From Macrostomum lignano (taxonomy: Eukaryota), in the NCBI GenBank assembly GCA_002269645.1, contig NIVC01001232.1:20393-84392 (forward strand): a stretch of DNA of 64,000 nt. The letters run 5' to 3'. A model generated the notes under the pieces. It did no database searches, was not told the origin of the DNA, and saw only the letters and a program-made list of their open reading frames with translations. Made by a program: the position numbers and the translations under genes. Below are positions 13,711-24,300 of the stretch, piece after piece (within the stretch, counting starts at the first letter, position 1; each line of letters opens with the position of its first letter).

Positions 13711-16700
13711 ATGCTTGGACACGTCATAAAAACTAGCCAAGTTGCCAGTAGGCAATTCCTTCGTGTTATCTTGACAAAGAATAGTCACAAATGCTTGTGC
13801 AGGTCTATTTCATCGGCTTGCAACTCAACAAGCAATAGTCATCAAGCATCGTTTTTGACTTCCGGAAAGGTTGTGTTCATGAATCATCATTCTATTCCTT
13901 ATTAGTAAGTTTTCAAATGTTTTATTATTAATGCTATTTCTTTTCCTGATCAATTCATTCTTAGAAAAGTTGTTCTAAGGATATGTAAATATGTTTATTC
14001 TACTACACAGTCAGGATAGGCCTAACATGCACCATGCGCCAGAACAATTTATGGACAAAGCTATTGCACTGTATGATAGGAAAATTTGGTACCTTTATGC
14101 TAAAATGTTGTAAATTTCATTTAGATTAGACCTGAGTCATAGTTTGTTATTGGGTAATTCCATACACCACAGTCAGGATTTAATGACAGGAAGGTGGTAG
14201 ATTTCACAGAAAATTGTGGCACACACAAAGGAATTTTCTGGTGCACATGGTGCACATAGCACATGGTGTGCTGCACTCGGCGCACAGTCTATATAGTAAA
14301 ATTTTCTTAGTTAGTTTACACAAAGTATGATATGGCGAAATCCAAAAATGTGGGATAAAATGGTAAAACAAATCTGCGGACATTCAATAGAAAGTAATGT
14401 ATCTAAAAAAGGTTTTTGAAAGATAGATAGGTCTTTAGAAAATAGTTCTGGATAAAAACTATTGTTTTCATGCTTTATATTGTTGAATAAATAAGAAAAA
14501 ACCACAAAAAGCATTTTGAAAGTCCGAGTTGACCAATTTGCAATTTTTTATTTCACTTTTTTTCATTATTAAACAATTAATTTTAAGACTTGTAGGCCTT
14601 AGAGAAGGCTAATTTTTTACTACTTACAAAACAGAAAGTAATCTGTGTTTTACTTTTTATTCAATTCAAAAAGATGAAGTATTTCTAAGGATTTCAAAGT
14701 TTTTCTAAAACCATATAAACTCGCAAAAATTCATACTAATATAAAGTGCAAAGTTTGCCAGCAAACATCTTTCTCTAAAAGTAAATATATTGCTAATTCC
14801 TTGTTGCAAAATAATCTTTAAGTTGTTTTCTTTCATTTAAATATCAACTTGCATAGTATTAGTATTTGTAATATGCCTATATTTAGACTTCAAAATTTTG
14901 GGCAAAAAATGGTACCACAAAATGTGAACCCGGCATCCAAATCAGATGCTTAATGTATGCTCATTAAGCGACAAAGAACAATGAAATTACACTAAAACAT
15001 GTATCATTGCGGTATGTATGCAGGAAAAAAGAATTTTCCAAATCACTTTAGTAGAAGCTGAGTAAAATGCAATTTTCCAATCCTTATGGGAATTCCAATG
15101 TGTTACCCAGCTTCCAAATCAGATGCTTACTGTATGCTCATTAAGCGACGAAGAACAATGAAATTACACTAAAACATGTATCATTGTGGCATGTATGCAG
15201 GAAAAAAAGAATTTTCCAAATCGCTTTAGTAGAAGCTGAATAAAATGCAATTTTCCGATCCTTACAGGAATTTGTATGTTTAAATAATAAACTTACGTTG
15301 AATACAATTTATTGCAAACAAACTCTACAAAATACACGTTGTCAAGAGTAACGAAAGTGATAAACAAATAAACCCTTGAAAATAATGTTAAATATGTTGT
15401 AGAATTATAGAGTGTAACATTATAAGATAGTTAAAGTTAATAAAATACATTATTATAGCTTTTCTAGCATTTTCATTCGACTCATTTTAGGTCGTAATTA
15501 AACTTACCATTTCAACAAATCATTTTATTAAAAATAAAGCTATACGAAAATAATTTGTGCTTTAATAGACTTTTTTACCTTTTAAAAACTTGAATAAATT
15601 TATTTTATAGCTTTATTGCTTTCAAATTGCCAAAAAACGAATTTTCATAAAACTTGCCCCCGATTTTTGGATTTCACCATATGTGAAAGTGTATTTGCTC
15701 CTTTTTTAAATATTCAATTTAATTCAAATAGCACACTAAGTTTTTTCTGAATATACAAACAATACATATTAATCTGGCAATCCTACAGTTTTCCGCTTTT
15801 AATTATTTTTCGAAAAATTATAGCAGGCACAGCAGGAATAAGAAATGACGATAAACTTACATAATAGTCACTCATGATAGTCACAACAGTTAACATGGAT
15901 AATAATGGCATATCCAATACAACATGTTCCCGAATTGACGCTCTTGAAACAGCCAGCGCCATAAAAACTCTTGGAGGTACATCTCGAATGTCTCTGGATG
16001 TGTACTATGCATACTTGGCCTTGCAGTTGGCCCATGCATCCTCAATGGTGTTTGTATAGATGGTATGATCATTGGGGTCAACAAACCGGATAGAGTGATT
16101 AATGGTCACATGATTGGCCAGAATTAATTATAGGCAGCCCATTAGTCAGTGATCACTCGGAAAAGCCAAAAAATAATTAAAGCAGAAAACTGTAGGATCG
16201 CCATTAATCTTTCTTTTATTCACAATTATAACTAATGCATTTTTCAGAACCTATAATTTGTTATATTGCTATATAACAGTTACTAGGCCTAATACAAGTT
16301 CTACATTTCTTTCTTGGTGCACATGCACTTTTTTATTTGGCACATAGTGCACAATTAAAAATTTGATTGGGGACTTGTTGACCTTCCTGACCATGGTATA
16401 CAAAGTAGACATTTTCATTCAAAGGCATAGAAATATTTATATTAAATATAAACTATTAGAGCTATTAATAAATTAAGTAGTATCAATGCACAAACAGCCT
16501 GATTCTGAATCTAGAATCTAGATTGATTTCTAATTGCCATATAAAGGTTTTATAACATTTTCACTTAAATTACCTAAAATATTCTCAAATTTTATTTTTT
16601 TAAGTTTTAAACTTTATGGTTGATAATCATTTTGTTTATTATGAATAAACTCTGAAACAAGACAGCCACATCATTAGATAGGGCAGGGCCAGGGATCATG

Positions 16701-19546
16701 ACAATGCTCACAACAGCCAACTAATCACAATCATATTCAACTGCAAACTACTCTGCTTTGTGATTCACTAATTGTCACAAAACTTTTTTCAATAGATGTT
16801 TAAATTGAATATAAAATTTCTTGAAATGTTCCTGAATCATTAGATCTACTCAACATTAGATCCTGAAATCTAGTGTTGAGTAGAGTGTAAAGTCTAAGCA
16901 TAACCTACATGGTCCCCCCAACTCCATCAACTAAACAGCCAATGGCGGCAGCTGCACACAAGTCGCAGTCTTCGAGGCGGAGTTGTAACTGGCAAAGTGC
17001 CAGCTTTTGCGGAGTCCGTCACTGAAGGAGACATTCGCTGGGAGAAGCAGGTTGGCGACACTGTGGCCGAGGACGAGCTGGTAGCCGAAGTGGAGACAGA
17101 CAAGACCTCCGTGCAGGTGCACTCGCCCTGCGCTGGCGTCATCACGGAGCTGCTAGTGCCGGACGGCCAGAAGGTGGTGGCCCATCAGGAGGTGTTCAAA
17201 ATTGAGGCTGGCGGAGCGGCGCCCGCTGCGGCAAAGTCGGACAAGAAGGCGGCCGTGGAGGAGAAACCAGCTGCACCGCAGCAGCAGCAGCCTGAGCAGC
17301 CCAAGCAGCCTGAGCAGCAGGCACCGGCTGCACCCAAGGAGGACAAGCTGGTGGCCTCCCAGGCGCCGTCCAAGCCGCCCCCGCTGCCTCAGGCGGCGGC
17401 TTCATCGTCAGCGTCCGCCCCTTCGACTTCGACTGTCGGCGCTCGATCGGAGCGTCGCGTGAAGATGTCCCGGATGCGTCTGCGCATCGCCGAGCGATTA
17501 AAGGAGGCCCAGAATACCTGTGCTATGCTCACTACCTTTAATGAGATTGACATGTCTAACGTCTTCGAGATGCGGGCCAAGTGAGTGGGGAAAATGAGCT
17601 GGTGTGAGCCACCCTCCCCCAGTCCTTCACTGTGTGTGCCACCCTCCCCCAGTCCTTCACTGAGTGTGCCACCCTCCCCCAGTCCTTCACTGTGTGTGCC
17701 ACCCTCCCCCAGTCCATCACTATGTGTGCCACCCTCCCCCAGTCCATCACTGTGTGCCACCCTCCCCCAGTCCATCACTGTGTGTACCACCCTCCCCCAG
17801 TCCATCACTGTGTGTACCACCCTCCCCCAGTCCATCACTATGTGTGCCACCCTCCCCCAGTCCATCACTGTGTGTACCACCCTCCCCAGTCCATCACTGT
17901 GTGTGCCACCCTCCCCCAGTCCATCACTATGTGTGCCACCCTCCCCCAGTCCATCACTGTGTGTACCACCCTCCCCCAGTCCTTCACTGTGTGTGCCACC
18001 CTCCCCCAGTCCTTCACTGTGTGTGCCACCCTCCCCCAGTCCTTCACTGAGTGTGCCACCCTCCCCAGTCCTTCACTGTGTGTGCCACCCTCCCCCAGTC
18101 CTTCACTGTGTGTGCCACCCTCCCCAGTCCTTCACTGTGTGTGCCACCCTCCCCCAGTCCTTCACTGTGTGTGCCACCCTCCCCCAGTCCTTCACTGTGT
18201 GTGCCACCTGTACAATCATTACCATCGAACATGCCCTCAGGTTCCAGCCGGCATTCGAAAAGCAGCATGGGGTCAAGCTGGGCTTCATGTCGCCATTTGT
18301 GAAGGCGGCCGCTTACGCCCTGCAGCAGCAGGCGGCTGTCAATGCGGTCATCGATGGCGGCGACATTGTCTACAGGGACTACGTTGACATCAGCGTGGCC
18401 GTGGCCACTCCCAAAGGCCTGGTTGTGCCTGTGCTGCGCGGCGTTCACAACATGAATCTGGCCGACATTGAACACGAGATTGCGGCGCTTGGCGTCAAGG
18501 CGCGCAAAAACGAGCTGGCTATTGAGGTATGCGGCTTCTTTGTTGCAAAGTTCTTAGGCTGCCTTCTGGAATGAAACTGAGAAATGCACATAAACTTAAG
18601 GGTTAAATTCCCTGAATTAGCAAAATGGCAACATTTTAAAATGTCCCTAAAATGACTGAATTCTAAAATATCCCTAAATGACTGGATTCTAAAATATTCC
18701 TGCGCATCGCCGAGCGATTAAAGGAGGCCCAGAATACCTGTGCTATGCTCACTATCTTTAATGAGATTGACATGTCTAACGTCTTCGAGATGATTCTAAA
18801 ATATCCCTAAATGACTGGATTCTAAAATATCCCTAAATGACTGAGTTCTAAAATCTCCCTAAATGACTGAGTTCTAAAATCTCCCTAAATGACTGAGTTC
18901 TAAAATCTCCCTAAATGACTGAGTTCTAAAATCTCCCTAAATGACTGAGTTCTAAAATCTCCCTAAATGACTGAGTTCTAAAATCTCCCTAAATGACTGA
19001 GTTCTAAAATCTCCCTAAATGACTGAATTCTAAAATCTCCCTAAATAACTGAGTTCTAAAATATCCCTAAATGACTGAATTCTAAAATCTCCCTAAATAA
19101 CTGAGTTCTAAAATATCCCTAAAGGACTATATTCTAGAATATCCCTAAATTACTGGATTCTAAATTATCTCTAAAGTTTATTGGTTCTTAACTGTCTCCA
19201 GAATAGCCGGCTGCCAGCATATCCCCTTGTATTCTAATTTCTCTCCCCCCCACCATCACGCCAATCGCAGGACATGGACGGCGGCACGTTCACAATCTCA
19301 AACGGCGGCGTATTCGGCTCCCTGTTCGGCACGCCCATCATCAACCCGCCGCAGTCGGCAATCCTTGGCATGCACGGCGTATTCGACAGGCCCATGGCCG
19401 TCAACGGCAAGGTGGAGATTCGACCAATGATGTTCGTGGCGCTCACCTACGATCACCGGCTGATTGACGGCAGGGAGGCTGTCACATTTCTGCGCAAAAT
19501 CAAAAGCTTTGTAGAGGATCCGCGCATTCTGCTGCTAGGATTGTGA
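13711..19546 (+). CDS. DLST: Dihydrolipoamide succinyltransferase (E2 of 2-oxoglutarate dehydrogenase), ~465 aa; exons 13711-13904, 16939-17580, 18241-18526, 19271-19546
   Basis: Lipoyl domain [70 protein letters not shown] and catalytic DHRLIDG. All introns are GT-AG and phase-compatible (2,2,0). Exon 1, a mitochondrial-presequence-like stretch, is less certain than exons 2-4. Confidence 0.95.
14935..15272. repeat. Tandem duplication of ~160-180 bp in DLST intron 1
   Basis: TCCAAATCAGATGCTTA...ATCCTTA occurs at ~14935-15093 and ~15113-15272 with few differences. Confidence 0.8.
15776..16202 (-). mobile_element. Non-autonomous Merlin (IS1016/IS1595-like) DNA transposon retaining the transposase C-terminus
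   Basis: TIRs begin GGCAATCCTACAGTTTT / GGCGATCCTACAGTTTT. Perfect 8-bp TSD ATTAATCT (15768-15775, 16203-16210). The minus strand reads [23 protein letters not shown].. then ..[20 protein letters not shown]. Confidence 0.85.
17602..18208. repeat. 30-bp minisatellite (TGTGTGCCACCCTCCCCCAGTCCTTCACTG), ~20 copies, filling DLST intron 2
   Basis: Direct periodicity visible in the sequence. Confidence 0.95.
18635..19170. repeat. 26-bp minisatellite (GACTGAGTTCTAAAATCTCCCTAAAT) in DLST intron 3, interrupted by an exon-2 fragment
   Basis: Direct periodicity, interrupted at 18700-18792. Confidence 0.9.
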
Positions 19547-20179
19547 TCGCCTTTGACTAGCTTGGCTCTTTAATAATACTTTTTGTTCCCCAAAACCAAC
19601 TATGATGCAAGCACCATTGGCTAGCTACTGTATAATTATAAGTAATAGTAATTACGAGCGTACTTAGTGGTACCATAGTATTAATAGATTTGGCGTTCTT
19701 TTTACTAAAAATTCATAGAAAGTCAGTAGTAAATTCGTAGGAAGTCCATGGAAAATCTATGGTAAATCCGTGAAAAGCCCACGGAAAATCCTTGCAAAAT
19801 CTACAGCTAACCCATGGAGTCGTCTGTAGAGTTGTATTCTATAGCATACCGTAGCTGCGAGTAGTTATGACCACAGATACTGGAATAGCTAGATATGCCA
19901 GTCAAAAATATTCTCGTCTACTCCTTTTCAGTAGGATATAGGGTTTTTTGTTATTTTAGTAAATATAAAACTGCTTAATTTTACAATATATTTAAAGTTT
20001 TTGAAGCTGCAACAATCGCCTCTGGCCTTCTACAAGCAGACCCATTAAATTAGCATCTTTATCCTGTTTGAAGCTGCACCCAAATCCAGTGCGTGTGCAC
20101 AGCGAGCAAGAGGGAAAGGGGTGGCGCCCTAGCCCGCAGCCAAGCCGATTAACAGTTTGGCTTTCCTCTTGCCTTCTTG

Positions 20180-20330
20180 TGTCTGACTTTGACCTCTTTC
20201 CTTACTGCTCTCTCATTGGCTGAGCTAGATTGGGCCTGCCCCCTAGGCTGAGGTTCGCCTGTCTGACTTTGCCCTCTCTCCTTACTGCTCTCTCATTGGC
20301 TGAGCTAGATTGGGCCTGCCCCCTAGGCTA
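20180..20330. repeat. Short tandem duplication (~70-80 bp)
   Basis: TGTCTGACTTTG..CTTACTGCTCTCTCATTGGCTGAGCTAGATTGGGCCTGCCCCCTAGGCT occurs twice. Confidence 0.8.
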
Positions 20331-21045
20331 AGTTTCGTCCGTCTTGCGTTCACTTGTGTACATCGAGTTCAATGCTGGTTGCTCATTCTCAATCCCATAT
20401 GCTCCTGAGGTCGCAAACACCAAAGAAAGGTAAAGGATATATTGCTGCCACTTTAAAGTTAAGTGACCCTGCGCATACAAGCTATTGATAAAAGAGTAGA
20501 CGCTCTGCTTTTTCACGACTTCAATTGCGAATGACACATCTAGTTATACTAGTATCTGAGTATATGACTGAGTAAATAGGTCAGTTTGCCTTTCTTCTGG
20601 TTTATAATTCTTCTATTTATTGCAGGGAACACACAAATTATTAACACAATCAGAAATACAAGCCAAAAGGTAAAATGATGCACCACTTTTTGTTGAATAA
20701 AGTCAGAACTATGTGCTCATTGTTGAGAATTCATTTCGAGAAAGTGAAAAACTCTGTTTATTTCTTAAATTTCTAACCTAGCAACTTAATTTCGAGGCGT
20801 GGCTCAATTTTTCGGTTTATTTCTGTTTAAATTTTCCTGTGCTGCTTCAGCCCTACACAGCAAACCTAAAGCCTGTTTTCTGAGAAGGTGCTTTCCGTCA
20901 CTCTCCGTGCTCGGAGTGACAGTTGAGCACAGCATGCAAAGTCCTTTGTTAATTCTTAAAAGAAAACAGAGCCCATTTCTTCTCCGCTTGTATTTTAGCC
21001 AGCCTCGTCTCGTCTGGTTGACTTGCTACTTTCGTGAGTAGTATA

Positions 21046-21346
21046 TGTTCTGGAGGTTTATATTTTGTTATACGAGCTCGTATTTTTGGGGGTTTTGCTA
21101 ATTTAATTGTACATGTATTTTTTCTTTATTTAATGTACATGAGCCAACCCCCCTCTCTCTCTGCTAACCTCACCCCCATGTTAAATATTAATTAAAAAGG
21201 GCGTGATTTTGGTAAGCGTGCTTTTTGCTAAGTGGTTGGTTGTTTTGTTTTGCCTGCGCGAGAACGCAGAGGTATTGAAGCCTAAAAGCATCCGATTTTT
21301 GCCTACTTAGTTATTTTTCGGTTTCGAAGAGTTAGTCGATTTAACA
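21046..21346 (+). repeat. 5' LTR of BEL/Pao element
   Basis: Near-identical to 27401-27701, with TG..CA ends. Confidence 0.97.
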
Positions 21347-21348
21347 AC

Positions 21349-21366
21349 TGGTAGCAGAGCGTGGTT
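21349..21366 (+). promoter_or_regulatory. Primer-binding site, complementary to an initiator-Met-type tRNA 3' end
   Basis: TGGTAGCAGAGCGTGGTT lies 2 nt after the LTR and matches the remembered eukaryotic tRNA-iMet acceptor-end pattern TGGTAGCAGAG. Confidence 0.75.
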
Positions 21367-21371
21367 CAAAA

Positions 21372-24300
21372 ATGCAAAAGGACGGAGAAGAATTCGAGTC
21401 GAACTACCCGCCGGCTGACGAGGAAGAACGCAAGCTGATGGACGCGAAGGCCGCCAAGACGAGGGCCAAGGCCGCATTCACCAAAGGAAGAAACCGGCTG
21501 GTGCAACAACTCGCTGCTGGTGGTCAAGACGGCGCCGAAGTACAACAGCAAGCGACTCTCATGGAGAAGCTGTTCGAGGCTGTGACCACTGAGCTGGAAA
21601 AGCTGTTGGAGCTCGCCGGAAACGACCTGCCACTGCGTCGCCAAACGATCAAGGAGCTGGAGAATGCTGAAAAGGACTACGGTGAGACTGTGGGTCTGAT
21701 GACCGAGTTCTGGAAAGATCGTAGCAGAAGCGAAGCAGCTGAGAGGGAGGAACAGGATCGCTTGGCGGAGTCTGAAGAACAGCAGAGGCGTGAGGAAGAG
21801 CAGCGAAAAGTGCAAGCCGCAGAGCACAGAGCGCTGGAGTTGGAAGAGGTGCAGAGAGAGCTAGAGAGAGACTATCAACAACGGCATGAGCAGTTGGCAG
21901 AGGAGCTGAGGCGACTGAAAATTGTTACTGGCAGCACTAAGGCAGAGAGCCCGTGTGAAAGGGCAAGCCCAGGTTCAGGTTTGGCTGAACAGTCGATTGG
22001 GGCTGAGGTGGGTGTAAGCGCTGCGCCAGACAGGAGTGAAAAAGCTGATTGGACTGCCCACGAAGGGGGGTCAGGCGAGCGATCGATAAACCAAAACCCT
22101 GCACCCAGGCCAGCCACCTCACAGTCAGCCAGTGTACAGTCGCAACTCAGAGAGCCAATCGTTCAGCAGGAGTGTACACAGAGGGTGAGAGAAGAAGCGG
22201 AGAGGCAGGTCAGTCAGGACATGTGGCGGCAATTGCAGCGGGTGGCGATTCCCAGTTTCTCAGGTGATAAGCGTCAATACGAAGGGTGGAAGGCGGCCTT
22301 TTACGCGTGTGTAGATGCTGCACCCTCCTCTCGAGTGTACAAGCTATTGCAACTGAGGCAGTGTCTGCAGGGCGATGCGCTAAAGCTAATAGCCAACCTA
22401 GGGCATTCTGAATTTGCGTACAAGGCGGCTCTGGATAGGTTGGAGAGAGAATATGGAGGAGAGAGGCGCCGGCTGGTGCTAGTGTTGGAGGACCTGGACC
22501 GTTTTCGGCCCATTGTGACGGAGAGTGCGCCTCAGTTGAAGAAGCTGGCTGATCTGGTGGATGTAGCGGTTATCAATCTGATGGAGGCGGGTCGTGAAGC
22601 TGAACTAGACAGCAATGGATTGCTTCATCTTCGCGTGCAAAAGAAATTGCCGACTGACACCTTGGCACGGTACCACCGATGGGTCGGGGAGAATGGCAGA
22701 AATGACACGCTCAGCGCTCTTCATCAATGGCTGCTGCGGGAGGCTGAGTATCAGACGGTTGCTATGGAGGCAGTGCATGGAGTTGCGGCACATAATGGGC
22801 CAGGAGCAGGGAAGATGGAGCAAAGTAAGAAATTCAGCGGGATGCAGCGCACGGAAACAGCTCGAACGCATTTTGGCGCTGTCGCGGAGTCAACGAGAGC
22901 CGATGAGCAGCGCAAGAAAAACTGCCGTGTCTGTGAAGGAAGCCATGGCGCCTGGGAGTGCCCGAAGTTTGTGGAGATGGATGTAGTGAAGCGATGGGCC
23001 GTTGCTCGTGAGAAGAAGCTGTGCTTTCATTGTCTCGGCGTCAATCACTCTGGTTTAGCTTGTCGGCGGTCTAGAACCTGTGGCGTAGATGGTTGCCAAG
23101 GAAAACACCATCGAATGCTTCACCAGAAGCGGGAGCCGAAACCAGCAGCTGCAGTGACGAGAGGCGGCGAAGGAGAGGCACGAAAACCCGCGGAGGACAT
23201 ATCAGCGGCGACGAAGAAGGAGCGCACTATGCTGGCTGAAGTCGTAAAGGAAACTGCGTTGAGGACGGTGCCGGTGATATTGGTGGCTGGTGAGCGCCAA
23301 GTTCGGATCAACGCGTTGCTTGATGATGCGAGTACGCGCACGTACCTCAATGCGGACGTAGCAGCAGAGCTGGGACTCGAAGGTAAACTTCAGCGCATAA
23401 ACGTTAAGGTGCTCAACGGAGGAGTCGAGTCGTTTGAAACAGCGCCTGTAGAAGTGACAGTCCGGAGTGTCGATGCAGCGTTTGAGACAAAAATTGTTGC
23501 TTTCACAGCGGAGAAAGTAACCGGCGGAATGAAGGCAGTTGATTGGAGTCAACTGGCGGAGCACTGGGCGCATCTGAGAGGCATTCCGTTTGAGTCAACA
23601 TCAAGCCGGAAGACGGTTGACATGCTTATCGGTGTCGACAATGCCGAGATGCATCTGGCTTGCAAAGAAGTCTGTGGAATGCCAGGGGAACCAATAGCTC
23701 GACTGACTCCTATTGGATGGACCTGCATCGGGCAGTTAGATTCGGATGAGGGAAGCAGCAAGAGCGGGGAATCGTTCTTCTGCCACGAGTGTCAAGATCA
23801 GGTCGACAGTCAGGTTCGAAGGTTGTGGGCGATCGAGGAAGTTCCTGATGTAGCTGAGCTGAACCGCGAAAGAGGGACGTTAACTGCGGATGAGCAGCGT
23901 GCTGTGGCGGTAGTCAAGGAGTCGATGTCGATGGTGGAAGGAAGATATCAGGTAGCCATTCCATGGAAGTTTCAAAATCGTGCTCTGCCGAGCAATCGTG
24001 AAGCTGCGGAACGCAGACTGATCAGCACGGAGAAGCGACTGCAGAGGAGTGAAGGATTGCCAAAAGCGTATCAGGAGGTGTTGGAAGGTCAGTTGGAAAA
24101 ATGTTATCTCAAGAAGGTCGAAGACAGCAGTGAGCTTCAAAACACCGAATGGTACCTGCCGCATTTTCCGGTAATCAGAGAAGACAAGGACACCACCAAG
24201 GTCCGTATCGTGTTTGACGCTTCCGCGCGCTGCCAAGGAGTGAGTCTCAATGACGTCATCCTTCCAGGACCGAAGCTTCAGAACGACCTATTTCAAGTGC

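Noticed and set aside
14160-16402. Weak inverted similarity (TACACCACAGTCAGGA..AGGT vs ACCTTCCTGACCATGGTATA) bracketing ~2.2 kb
   Set aside because: Short and degenerate with no TSD found; more likely separate old repeat fragments.
17585-18240. Pro/Ser/Cys/His-rich ORFs ([10 protein letters not shown])n resembling extensin or metal-binding proteins
   Set aside because: The region is bounded by canonical DLST donor (17581) and acceptor (18240) sites and is an intronic minisatellite.
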